A stretch of 32,266 nucleotides of DNA, taken from assembly GCA_030167865.1 (NCBI GenBank), contig JALAGF010002993.1:1-32266 (forward strand). Reading direction: 5' to 3'. Below the pieces are notes generated by a model. The model was not told the origin of the DNA. It was given only the letters and a program-made list of their open reading frames with translations, and did not search any database. Positions 10,601 through 21,364 of this stretch are shown one piece after another. The translations under genes and the position numbers were made by a program. This DNA is from Craspedostauros australis (taxonomy: Eukaryota). Position 1 is the first letter of the stretch, and the number at the start of each line of letters is the position of its first letter.

Positions 10601-11408
10601 TCGGGATCCTTGGCATGGTGGGACACGAGATCCAGCACGTTGATGGCTTGATCTCTTTTGACTTTGGATCCGTTGCAGATGTATTTGTCGAGCAGTTTAT
10701 GCAGATTGGTCAACAGTCCCTCAACGTACGCTGAGTTCTATGCGCGTATGGGTAAACAGAATTGAATGGTTGAGGTTGTTGGTTGGTTTGATTATCATAT
10801 TGTGAATAATAGATGATGGATGTGTGCATGATGTATGATATTGCATGGCATTGTGATGTGTGTGTGAGAGAGAGTTTGCAGACAAGCTTGCGATTGGATG
10901 GATGGAAAGGATGAAGGTGAATTGGATCCTCCTACTCCAATGCGACAACCATCGCGGTGGAGGACTCTAAACTGCCGATACAATGCAGGTGCATCCAGTC
11001 ATCATTCGCACAGTCTTGGCCATGCGGCTACGTTGGCGTGCGGTACAATCAACTCACCTTGTCAGCTGCAGTGGGGGTTTCTGCTTCTTCTATTTCCGCA
11101 TCCACATCCTCATCGACATCTTCAGTAGTGGTTTTCGTGGTCTTCTTCGATTTTGTTGTTGACGATGACGAAGCCGCCGCTGATAGCTGGTGGATGTTAT
11201 CATTCTCGTTCCGTTTGCTGTTGAAAGCATTGCAAAAGGCTCTCGGTTGATGCGGCGAGAATGGAATGGCATTGCATTGATTGTCGCATGGGGGTGCGCA
11301 GAGTCCTGGACTGATGAACGCCGTGCAGATGTACATGGTCCAAAGCAGCACCAGCATCGGCAGCACCTTGGAACTCATCGTGTTCATTCGTCGGATGGCC
11401 AATGCCAT
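7642..11408 (-). CDS. NSF (vesicle-fusing ATPase) D1-like AAA+ ATPase, single AAA module, predicted bipartite plastid presequence; 5 exons: 11408-11058, 10737-9611, 9214-9190, 8903-8664, 8193-7642 (~764 aa)
   Basis: Motifs: LGIGGLD..RGLLLYGKPGCGKT (Walker A), EIMDRFVGSSE, LHVIVLDEFDAICRSRG (Walker B), [40 protein letters not shown] and GFSGASIAGVARAA, all NSF-D1 signatures. All four introns are GT-AG and phase-compatible. The start ATG is uncertain because several Met codons are close together. Confidence 0.85.
9190..9214 (-). CDS. 25-nt micro-exon of the NSF-like ATPase encoding (S)VVNQMLAK
   Basis: The minus strand reads cccag|C GTG GTC AAT CAA ATG CTC GCA AAG|gtacgt. This supplies exactly the conserved residues missing between GVARD and MDGV, with correct phases (2 and 0). 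Confidence 0.9.
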
Positions 11409-12339
11409 TTCTGCCTCCGTTGCGCTTGTGAACGTGGATGTTGTGCCCGGTGTTGTGTTGTCAAATGCAATAGCAGCCGATGGCAGTGGCGGCGTCTGTG
11501 TCGCTGCTGCTGGATCTTGCTCTCGTCGACTCGATGGGTCTGACGCAACGCGATCTTCTTCCTTTGGTGTCGTCGTGATTGTGTCTGTCTGTTCTGATTG
11601 GATTGCGTGTGTTGGAGTGGTGGAGTGGAGAATGAGATTGAACAAAGAGATGAGGTCCGTTGGATTGCGTGGCATTCCTCGGAATTGTGTTGCGAGGTGT
11701 TGCCATTTGATGTGACGTGATGTGACGCGATGTGACACGATCTGGCGGAATGGATGACTGTCCACACATCATCAATCAACAACAACAAGGAACGCACGGA
11801 ACCCACCGTGGGGGCACACGTCGCCTGTGTCATCTCCGCGGAGCGTGCAGAGTTCTCGTTCTCCTTCGTTGATTCACTTTGCGTGTCGAAAGTGATGTCC
11901 GTGATTCAAGAAAAACATGAATCACGGACGCAAACATGCCAAAAGGCTAGACGAATGGGCTATGAGTCTTGTGAGTCGTGGCATGACTCCATCGAAGCAG
12001 AATGACGACGACCACAAACACGCAAACACTTTTTGTCATTTTTGTTCACAGAAAGAAACCGTTTGTGCCTCCAAAACACAACAAGGCACCTCACATCACG
12101 AACAAGAACATGACAGCCACCACCAAGCACATCCTCTCTGTGTGGCCCAGAGTTCCACGGCAGAGCACTGGTGTGTTGTGGATGACATCCTGCCGACTTG
12201 AAATGAAAGCGAGGAACGAATCCGAGCTTGGAGATTCGCGAGGATCAGAACATTGAGCACCTTCCAAGCACTCGCATTATACAGCACTCTCCTGTCGAAA
12301 ACTGCAATACCTCCCTGCCAATACTCTGCAGCTATTGAG

Positions 12340-13287
12340 ATGACACGCACGGACGATTCATGCCAAGATGGTTCCGGCACGACGGCGACGGCAGCTGTTG
12401 CCGAATCCAAGACGTTGTCAATGACCAACGATGTTGGGAGTGGTGGTGGCGGTGGTGGTAATGATGATGATGACAAGGGGACTGCAGAGGCCAACCAATC
12501 GCAGCAGCAGCCGCAGCAACAGCAGCAGCAACAGCAACAGCAGCAGCAACAGCAACAACAACAGCAACAGCAACAACAACAGGAGCCTGATGATTCATCG
12601 CCGTTCGTGCTGCCGCAACCGCAACAGGCGGATGCCGACAGATACGTCTACTGCAGACACGAGAATGTGCAGACGGCGCACTTTCCAAAGCTGGAAGCGG
12701 GCGCCTTGGTGTGGGTCCTGCAAAGCAAGGGGAAGCATACCAGCAGCCGCCACATGTACTCCAGAGCACGCGTTGAAACGGGCGAGGTCGTGGGCAAGGA
12801 ACAACGCGTCATGATCCGTTACTCCAAGGGTGCCACGTACCGCGTGCGGCGCACGAACCTCCTGCCTGTGCTGGAGCATCAATCCAACATCGTGGTGGTG
12901 GCGTCGGAGACGGTCGACTATCGACGATGTTCGATCGTCCACACGTGCGACGACGATCACTTCTTGGAGATCGGCTGCGACTTCGGCATCACCACCAACA
13001 GCGTGCTGGCCAAGACGCGGATCGGCGTCGACAAGGCGGAGAAATCCATAGAAATCGCGAAGGAGAGGTACCCCGACTGCGAGTTTCACCTCGCGGATAT
13101 CTTCAGCGATGATCTGCCCTTCGAGCTGCAAACGCCCTTGGTGGTTGCCATGGACATCAATGGCAACCGAGAACTGCCAGCCGTGCGAAGGTGCTTGCAA
13201 ATCATCATGGACAAGTGGCATCCGCGTATCATCGTCGTCAAGTCGAGGACGATGTATGCGCAGATGCTTGCAAACAAGCTTGGTTGA
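12340..13287 (+). CDS. Class I SAM-dependent methyltransferase-like protein with N-terminal polyQ and a Tudor/SH3-like segment
   Basis: Motif I FLEIGCDFG, then IGVDK, FHLADIF and VAMDINGNR form a Rossmann methyltransferase pattern. First ATG is at 12340 (the ORF track starts at TTG 12253). Codon bias is coding-like. Confidence 0.75.
   Translation: MTRTDDSCQDGSGTTATAAVAESKTLSMTNDVGSGGGGGGNDDDDKGTAEANQSQQQPQQQQQQQQQQQQQQQQQQQQQQQEPDDSSPFVLPQPQQADADRYVYCRHENVQTAHFPKLEAGALVWVLQSKGKHTSSRHMYSRARVETGEVVGKEQRVMIRYSKGATYRVRRTNLLPVLEHQSNIVVVASETVDYRRCSIVHTCDDDHFLEIGCDFGITTNSVLAKTRIGVDKAEKSIEIAKERYPDCEFHLADIFSDDLPFELQTPLVVAMDINGNRELPAVRRCLQIIMDKWHPRIIVVKSRTMYAQMLANKLG
12502..12582 (+). repeat. Coding CAG/CAA tract (Q3-P-Q23)
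   Basis: Mixed CAG/CAA codons read directly. Confidence 0.95.
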
Positions 13288-13750
13288 TCGATGGATGGAT
13301 GGATGGGCAACTGATTAGAGTACTTTAGCGTACCTCGATATTATTGCATCAGGCAGACGTCTCCATGATGGCATTTGTACGTATGGAAGGGTACCAGCAA
13401 GATGTGAAAGAAGAGCAATCCTGGCACTCTCTTGCATGATTGTGGCAAGCGCACGCCGGTGGTCGAAGGAGTGTTATGTAGCTCGTAATGCAGCAGAAGC
13501 AAGATCCATAGTGATGGTGATGCGTGGTGGCTTCAGCGAGGAGTGGCTCGAGGAATGAAGAATATAGTAGACTAGAGTAGTGACGTTGCTTCACATTGGT
13601 CGTTGGCCCGCAAACGAGGAATAGCAGGTGAAGTGGTTGCTGTTGCACAATTGTAGAGTAGCTGCTACAATAGGAGTAGAACACTGTTCTTTGTTTGCAT
13701 CGTGCTCGCTTGGCACTGTGACGCTTACTCTACAAGTCCTCGTGCCATTC

Positions 13751-13780
13751 CATAGCATAGCATAGCATAGCATAGCATAC
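13751..13780. repeat. (CATAG)5 microsatellite downstream of the ProRS stop
   Basis: Five CATAG units followed by CATAC. Confidence 0.9.
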
Positions 13781-13815
13781 CATGTCGTGCCGTGCCATGA
13801 CGTGTTGTGCAGCTC

Positions 13816-16238
13816 TTAGAAAGCTCTTCCGAACAAGGCCATGTGGGTGGCATCATCGCCAGAATAGAAACACTTCTTGCCCTCGTGCAGTCCCTCCTCG
13901 TTGGCGTCGAGCGGGTAGCACCGGATGGTGGCCTTGCATTCAGTCTTGATCTTGTCCTCGTTCTCAGCATCGCACTTCCATGGCACCAGATACAGACCGC
14001 TGCCTGGGTATGCCGACGCCTCGTCGCCCTCCAGGGCCGTCTTCATCTCATCGTACGTCACACCAGTCGCAACACCGGTATCCAACCGTTCCTTGGCGGC
14101 GCCGAACAAACTGGCCTGCATGGCATCCAGACCTGCCTTGGCCTGATCTGCAACTTCATCCAGCGACACGCTCACCTTGTCGTCAGAGCCTTCTCCGGCT
14201 CGGTACTTGAAGACGCAGGCGTTGTTGGCGACATCGCGTGGTCCCAGCTCGATGCGCAACGGCACGCCCTTGCGTTCCCATTCGAAGTACTTGGCGCCGT
14301 TGCGGACAAAGTCGCGATCGTCGACCTTGACGCGAAATCCTTGGGCCTTCAGGTCATCCACCATCTTGTCCAGGGCCGAGTTCAGTGCGGCCTTGGCTTC
14401 TTCGTCATTCTTCTTGGCGGCGATCGGCACGATGACCACCTGGGTGGGGGCAACGCGCGGGGGCAACACAAGGCCGTTGTCATCGGAGTGCGTCATGATC
14501 AATGCTCCGATCAGACGCGTGGAGACACCCCAGGAGGTGCCCCAGACGCTCTGCTGCTTGCCATCCTTGTCCTGGAATGTGACATCGAAGGCGTTACCGA
14601 AGGACTGGCCCAGGAAGTGGGAGGTTCCGCTCTGCAAGGCCCAGCCATTCTGCATCAACGCTTCGATGGTGAAGGTCTCTTCGGCGCCGGCAAATCGCTC
14701 CGATGGGCTCTTCACGCCCTTCACGACGGGCATGGCCAACAGGTCTTCGCACAGGTCGGCGTAGTTCTCCATCATGGTTTGGGCATTCTCCATGGCCTCC
14801 TCGGAGGTGGCGTGAGCCGTGTGTCCTTCCTGCCACAAGAATTCGGACGTGCGGAGGAATGGTCGCGTTCGCATCTCCCATCTCATGACGTTGGCCCATT
14901 GGTTGATCTTCAACGGCAGATCTCTGCGACGATTTCATGAAGTTATCAACAATGATAAATACAATAACAACAACGATTGCAATACCAGTGGTGGCGACAG
15001 TGGCAGTGGTAGCGCGGGCACAGTCACATTCGCATTGGCAATAGCACGAGCCGAAGATGGATGAATAAAGTGATGAGGTGAGTATAAGTACAGCCCACGA
15101 TTTGAGGAACATGATTTCCAACGTAGCCAATACACGGTCGAACCAAACAATCGAAATTTGCAATTTTCACATCGTCATCATCATCATCATCATCAGGTCG
15201 ACCACTGAATGCCATGTGCAACATGTGTAGGCACACTCGTAATGGCGCTGGCGTTGGCGCTGGCACACGCACGCACCTGTAGCTGTTGATCCACTTGCGG
15301 AACATGAACCAGATCATCGTTTCTGAGGTTGGTCGGATGATGAGCGGGTCCTCAAGCTCTGCTTCGGGATCTGCGATGAGCCCATCTTCGCCAGCTGTGA
15401 GGCGGTGATGCGTGACAACGGCGCATTCCTTGGCAAAGCCATCCACATGCTCGGCCTCCTTCGACAGGAACGACTTCGGGATGAGCAACGGGAAGTAGGC
15501 ATTCTCTGCTCCGTAATCTTGGATCTTGGCATCCAGCTCCGTTCGCACACGATCCCACAACGACATGCCCCACGGCTTGATGACCATGCATCCACGGACG
15601 GGAGACGTTTCGGCCAATCCAGTGACGCGGATGAGATCGTTGTACCACTTGGAATAGTCCTCGGCACGTGGGGTGATGAAATCAGACTCAGCGTCATCGC
15701 CAGCTTGCTTCTTCTTTTGCTGCTGCTGCTTCTGCTTCTGCTTCTGTTGATTGCCACCCTTCTTTTGCTGCTGTTGTTGTTTTTGCTTCTTGTTCTTCTT
15801 GTCCTCAAGGATGGATGGATCGAGCTGTCCCTTCAGTGCCAGCAGTTCCTCGACCAACGGTGCGATGGCGGACTTCTCGGCACCACCGTCCTTGAGCGAC
15901 CTGATCTCGTCACCCTTTGCCTTGATCTGGGCCTCGATCTCTGCCTTCTGCTCGTCGGTCAGATCCGCTGCAGCCGCGGAGCTGAAGAGACGAAATCCGG
16001 AAAGATCCCGCGAAAAGGATTCATCCATCGACAGGTGTCGGAACTGATGCGACTGCTGCTGCGTCGCCAATGGCGTGGATGCATGGTTGGCAAATGCAGC
16101 CAGGATGGCGTCGCCGGCAACACCACGCTGTCTCATCACAGCCTTCCGGCTTGCTGTGGAGATGGTCTGGAATGCCGCAACATTGCGGAACAGCCCCATC
16201 ACCGCCGCCGCCATGGTCGCTCTGCAAGTGTTCACCAT
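13816..16238 (-). CDS. proS: Prolyl-tRNA synthetase (eukaryote/archaeal-like type), probably organellar, with an N-terminal WHEP domain; exons 16238-15277 and 14923-13816 (~689 aa)
   Basis: Motifs: [100 protein letters not shown] and the anticodon domain [21 protein letters not shown] 353-nt GT-AG intron rejoins SY-R-DLP in frame. Confidence 0.97.
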
Positions 16239-16265
16239 CTGGTTGTCTTGGATCTGTTGTGTGTA

Positions 16266-16380
16266 AGTAGAGTAGATTATAGCAAAATAGGATAGAGCAG
16301 AGTAGAGTGGAGGAGAGTAGAGTAGAGTAGAGCAGAGTACTCTGCTTTGCTTTGCGTTGGATTGGATTGGATTGGGTTGG
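16266..16380. repeat. Degenerate (AGAGT)n and (TTGGA)n pentanucleotide microsatellites upstream of ProRS
   Basis: Read directly from the sequence. Confidence 0.7.
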
Positions 16381-17004
16381 AGACTGCTGGGCTCTGTTAC
16401 TTTTTGTTAGATCTCGCCGATCGCCTCGGGGTTTTGTGGTCCTCCGGCGTTGTGCTGGTGATGGCCGAGATCTTTGTGGCTGACCGTCCAGAGGTGATTG
16501 ATTGATGATCGAGTGGTTGTTGTTCTGCCAACCCTTTCCTCTTGATGTGTGCGTTGTCTGTGCGCACTTGTTGTGGTCCAAGAATGGATATACCATAATT
16601 GAGATACTTCACTCTTGTCAATTTTGGACATCGCGTCTCAAGAACATATTGTCGAACAATAGAACGATCACGGACATTTATTTCATTCGTTTCACGTTCG
16701 TGAACATACGCGTATCCAGTCCTGAATGTTGTACATACATTTAAAATATGATTTGTGTTGTCTTCACATTTTCATTTTTGCTCTTCCGTGCGAGTACTTT
16801 TGTTGTTGTTGTGGTTCTTGCGTTTGTTGTGATGGTGTGGTGTGGTGTTGTATTCGTAGCATGGCGGCATGTGAAATGAGTATAATAATACATACCACAA
16901 TCGTACAAGTGGCGTTTTGACACAACCCAAGGCATCCAACTCTGTGCAACGCACGTGCGTCGATAGAGGATAGCACCGACAGAACAACACCAAGTTGGAC
17001 CACC

Positions 17005-17006
<2 letters not shown>

Positions 17007-17036
<30 letters not shown>
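17007..17036. repeat. (GAC)10 microsatellite just upstream of the kinesin-like ATG
   Basis: Read directly from the sequence. Confidence 0.9.
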
Positions 17037-17052
17037 CACGAGCGTGGGGACG

Positions 17053-20000
17053 ATGACAACGCTGAGTGTATCGGACAAGCAGGACGGAATGAAAGACCGG
17101 ACGATGCAGACCAGAATCGACATCGATCGGTACCGCCGGTTGAGGCAGAGAAGTCGCTTCTCACCTCGGATGCATGTGGCGCAATCGCATTCCTTCGCTG
17201 ATTCGTCAGCATCTCCGGCTACGTCTGCCGCAAAGGCAAGGATGAGGCCAAGAGCAAATGAGCTACAGGTACTCTCTCCATCAAAGCCAGAGCCAACCGC
17301 GACATCGCAGCAGCGGCGGCCTCCTGTTCCTGAAAGCGACTTTGCAGAGAGGAAGGCTGGCCGCGGCGCTCTTGCACGGCACTCGAACATCGCTGCGACT
17401 GCAGTGTGCAAGGTTCATAGCAATGATCAAAAGCATGGCCGTGACGCCCACGTTTGCAACATTCGAGAGAAGACGAACCCAACTTTGACACCAAGCAAAA
17501 CCACGGACGTCAGCACGACACGAAGCACAAGAGCCAACACCAAAGTACATGCAAATGTTGAAGCAAACGTCGCAGCCAGCGCAAACCTGAACAGACGTCA
17601 ACGCGCGCAGCCTCGCGGTCAGGGGCCATCAGCAGTGAGTACACCAAGTTCCACGAAGAAACGTGTGCTATCGAGTATCTTGGGAGGAGTAAGGTCGTCC
17701 ACGTTTCTGCCGATCAAAACGGCGTCACCTCAACCGAGGAAGTATCCCAGTCTGCTCGCGGCAAGTCGAAAGACGCTGGTCAATCCAACTGTGCCCAGAT
17801 CACGCAAGTCTCTGGATGAAGCCTTGTCAACCCAAAGAAGCTCAGGAGATGATGGAAATACAAGGGGGAGAGCAAATGATTCAACTTTGCCAACGCGAGA
17901 TTTGGCGTCGCAGTCGAACAGCACCATATTTTCAGCTTATCCCCTCGCTCTGGCAAAATCTATACAATCCACACAGTCGATCCAGTCGATTCAGTCTGCG
18001 CAATCAGTACAATCGACGAAGCCGGCGTCATCCTTTGGCACCGCAGCAACCGCAGCTTCCACATCAGCTTCCACGTTGGCTTCGACGTCGCGATCGGGAC
18101 CGGGATCGAGATCAGAATCAGAAGCAGGGTCACCATCAGCATGCACATCCGCCATCACGTCACGCACACTACCGTCGCAACCATCAATGCTGTCGTCGTC
18201 GCAGCCGTCGACGCCATCGCTGCGATCTTTGTCAGGCATGTCAGCAGCACCATCCAAGGCGAAGAGCGAAATGGAAGGGTCAGCTGCATGCCCGATTGTA
18301 CTTGATGATCAGGAGAACATGGACAACCCTTGCATGCCGCAGAAAATTGTGACCCAACATCATCATCATCATCACCATCTTCTGCACCAGCGCCACCAGT
18401 ACCACCAGCAACGCAAACTGGGCAAGATTGCTCATGCAACACAGCCGTTTTCGACGGCTTCGAACAAGAGACAGATGGACAAAGCGATGCCGTTGTTCAA
18501 GCGCCGTGATGTGCACATCCCTGCATTGGCGGGCGTCGGTACGGCGTCAACGCAATGTTCCACCACCGTGGCATCGGAAACGATCAAGGTCGATCGCATC
18601 ATGGAATCACGCAACTCGTATGAGCCATCAGCCTCTATCAGCCCCATTAGCAGCGCACTTCCTCACGATGACAGCGGTTCGTCTCAGCAGCAACCGTACC
18701 AACCGCAGGATCATCAGACACCGATTGTTGTGGACGATCTTCAGGGTCCATCGAAGTCAATGAGCGAGCCGGATGCATCCGATGCAATGGGGTCTACCTA
18801 CGAGTGCGATGATAAACTATTGGCAGCGCGCAATGGTATGCGGCAGATGTCGATTCAATCAAGCAGCGGCAGCCAACACAAATCGCATGCGAGCTCAACT
18901 TTGGTGGCAGTGCCAGAAAATAGATCCAGCAAAACGTCGATGCTGATACCGCGCCACCAACCAAACTGTGGGCGTGAACAAGCAAATTGTGAACAACTAC
19001 CACCGCAGCGCACGTTTGGCGAAATCAACCAACGTACGAGCACGAGTACGAGTACAAGTACGGGGAAGGAGGATGTGGTGATAATCCATTGCGAAAGTCT
19101 AAATCGCGAAGATGGCGGCCTTGTGAGAAATGATCAGAAGCGGTCCACAAAATGGTCTCAGCGTTCTGCTCTGCATTCTACGGTGCTTCAACCTTCGCGC
19201 GATGATGCGAGCAGTCGGAATATCGGCACGGCAACATCATCATCATCATTGTCATCATCGTCGCCAGCAGCAGCAGCAGCAGCGGTGGCGGCGGCAGAGC
19301 GAAACAACACGGGAGGCAAGACGAACGCACCGCGGACGATGATCGACCAACGCACCGTGAGAATGCTATATTCTGCAGACTTCGAAGCCATGGTGCACTC
19401 CCGGATTGCCGATGATATCGCGAACTGCAGCAACACAGTGAACATTCCAAATCAGAATCATTCCACCCATTCCACCGGATCTAACTACGAATTCCACGCA
19501 CACCTCGTGGCTCCTCAAGATGAACCAAACGCAATGGACTACGACATCGTTTACGAAGCAAAACCAGACGGGCCGTTGCTCGTCTATGACACTCACATTG
19601 AAGATGATCTGCGAACCAAGTCCGTTGAGTTCATGCCTTTGGCAGTTGATGCAATGATCGATGAAGCTTCTGCTGTTGCAAATCACAGCGATGCCAAGTC
19701 GTCCCCAACACCACATGATGGATTTTGGTCGTCGGCACTTCATCACCATCTTCATCGCAGCAACAACAGCAACGGCAACAGTAAAAGTTCCAGCGCAAGC
19801 AGCAATCATGGCAATGGTGACGGTGCCAAAAGCAATGAATGGGACGAACATGAACGCTGCATCATTGTGTATGGAGAACACACTATGGACTCCCGAATGG
19901 AGATCCATGGAAGAGTTCTGAATCAGACCATCGTCGCCATGGCTAGCCAAGCATCACAGAACTCTCACAACTCAGCATTGCGGCGGATCATTCTGCAATG

Positions 20001-20985
20001 CGTGGAGGTTTCGGGTGACTCGAATGATGTGGACATGCTGAGATCAACTGGTGTCGGTGCCAGTGCCGATGTCGATGCAGATCTCAATGGTGTGCCATTC
20101 GGATCCAAAAGCATCAGCCACAACGAAGATTGGAATTCCGTCCATTCTGAATGGGTTGAGAACGTTTATGATTATGAGCATTTGCTGCGATATACGTCGG
20201 AAAGAGCCAACGGGAATGCCAGCAACGCCTTGTTGTCCCGCGTGATTGTCCAAGCCGTGGACGGATCGACTATCAGCTTCATCATGATGGAACACTTTGA
20301 CAGTGGGAAGAACAGCACCGTGGGATCCTCTGTGCTTGGGATGAACGAGTATGCCGTCCTCATGGCATCAACGTCAACAACCACGGCAACGACACTGACC
20401 CCGCCTGATGGGACCTCAGCGACGACTAGACCTGTTGAAGGTCTGTCGGCGAAGCAGTCATTCACAAAGAAAATCCTGCAGCGATGTTTCAAGGATAACA
20501 CAAGCCGTATCCGGTTCGTCGCGCGCATCTCGCGGAAGGCAGCATCGACCGACAAGACGTTACAAACGTCCAGAATCATGCAAAGGTGGATCAACATCCG
20601 CAAATTGCAACTGGAAAGGGACAGCATCCAGAAGCACAAGCGGCCATCTCCTGCGGCATGCTTGCAGCGCACCACGGTCACACCACGACAACCCTCCACG
20701 TACCGGACGGTTGAGGCGGAACTCGCACTGCCAAGGCAGTGGAGCAATGCAGAACTTGTTGCCTGGATGGTATCCAAGCGCTTGCACAGCGACCGAACGC
20801 CTGGAGACATGAACGGCAGGCTCATCATGCGGTTGGGGAAGAATGAGCTGCGCGATACATTCTACGGCGCGCACGACGATGAGCTTGCTTCACGCCTCTT
20901 TCGTGCGCTGAGGGCTGAGAACGATCGCATCGCACGCCTCCGAGTGAAGCGCAGACTCGCCCGGGAGCGTTACGAGATTTCATAG
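17053..20985 (+). CDS. Kinesin-13-like pseudo-motor protein (~1310 aa): long Ser/Thr-rich disordered N-terminus, degenerate motor domain, C-terminal SAM-like domain
   Basis: Single long ORF with kinesin-13-like segments in the expected order: FEAMVHSRI (neck), DYDIV..LLVYDTHIEDDLRTKSVE, IIVYGE, SRVIVQ, ISFIMM and SFTKKILQRCFKDNTSRIRFVARISRKAASTDKTLQT. These are followed by PRQWSNAELVAWM..MNGRLIMRL (SAM-like). Confidence 0.7.
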   Translation: MTTLSVSDKQDGMKDRTMQTRIDIDRYRRLRQRSRFSPRMHVAQSHSFADSSASPATSAAKARMRPRANELQVLSPSKPEPTATSQQRRPPVPESDFAERKAGRGALARHSNIAATAVCKVHSNDQKHGRDAHVCNIREKTNPTLTPSKTTDVSTTRSTRANTKVHANVEANVAASANLNRRQRAQPRGQGPSAVSTPSSTKKRVLSSILGGVRSSTFLPIKTASPQPRKYPSLLAASRKTLVNPTVPRSRKSLDEALSTQRSSGDDGNTRGRANDSTLPTRDLASQSNSTIFSAYPLALAKSIQSTQSIQSIQSAQSVQSTKPASSFGTAATAASTSASTLASTSRSGPGSRSESEAGSPSACTSAITSRTLPSQPSMLSSSQPSTPSLRSLSGMSAAPSKAKSEMEGSAACPIVLDDQENMDNPCMPQKIVTQHHHHHHHLLHQRHQYHQQRKLGKIAHATQPFSTASNKRQMDKAMPLFKRRDVHIPALAGVGTASTQCSTTVASETIKVDRIMESRNSYEPSASISPISSALPHDDSGSSQQQPYQPQDHQTPIVVDDLQGPSKSMSEPDASDAMGSTYECDDKLLAARNGMRQMSIQSSSGSQHKSHASSTLVAVPENRSSKTSMLIPRHQPNCGREQANCEQLPPQRTFGEINQRTSTSTSTSTGKEDVVIIHCESLNREDGGLVRNDQKRSTKWSQRSALHSTVLQPSRDDASSRNIGTATSSSSLSSSSPAAAAAAVAAAERNNTGGKTNAPRTMIDQRTVRMLYSADFEAMVHSRIADDIANCSNTVNIPNQNHSTHSTGSNYEFHAHLVAPQDEPNAMDYDIVYEAKPDGPLLVYDTHIEDDLRTKSVEFMPLAVDAMIDEASAVANHSDAKSSPTPHDGFWSSALHHHLHRSNNSNGNSKSSSASSNHGNGDGAKSNEWDEHERCIIVYGEHTMDSRMEIHGRVLNQTIVAMASQASQNSHNSALRRIILQCVEVSGDSNDVDMLRSTGVGASADVDADLNGVPFGSKSISHNEDWNSVHSEWVENVYDYEHLLRYTSERANGNASNALLSRVIVQAVDGSTISFIMMEHFDSGKNSTVGSSVLGMNEYAVLMASTSTTTATTLTPPDGTSATTRPVEGLSAKQSFTKKILQRCFKDNTSRIRFVARISRKAASTDKTLQTSRIMQRWINIRKLQLERDSIQKHKRPSPAACLQRTTVTPRQPSTYRTVEAELALPRQWSNAELVAWMVSKRLHSDRTPGDMNGRLIMRLGKNELRDTFYGAHDDELASRLFRALRAENDRIARLRVKRRLARERYEIS

Positions 20986-21364
20986 GACAACGGTCAGCGA
21001 GTGGACCAACCACTTTTGTGATATTATATTAACAAGTGACACTCACTTTTTCAACTGGTTTCTCCACTCTGCTCGACGCTGCGGGTTCGAGTAGAGTTGA
21101 GGTAGAGCAGTGTGCAGTCTACGAGAGAAGGAGATGACTCCAGAGAGTAGACCAAATGGGAGTGCTCCGTAATCTGGGCAGTGGCGACACTTGCGTAGTG
21201 ATACAGGGGAGTGGAGACAGAGCCAACCCAATGCGATGGAATGGCATGAAATAGGAAGGTGACGCCGTCGGAGTACGTTGTGATGATATGTATAGTATAG
21301 AGATCCCCTTTAGTATTTTTACATTTGTTGTTTGTGCTGTTGTTGTTAGCATTATTGATTCAAT

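Noticed and set aside
13807-14940. 377-aa ORF antisense to ProRS (possible sense/antisense synthetase coding)
   Set aside because: It has no class I synthetase motifs (HIGH/KMSKS) and is explained by codon bias on the coding strand.
15024-15276. C-terminal extension of the 404-aa ProRS ORF
   Set aside because: It is intron read-through; splicing restores the conserved YRDLPL motif.
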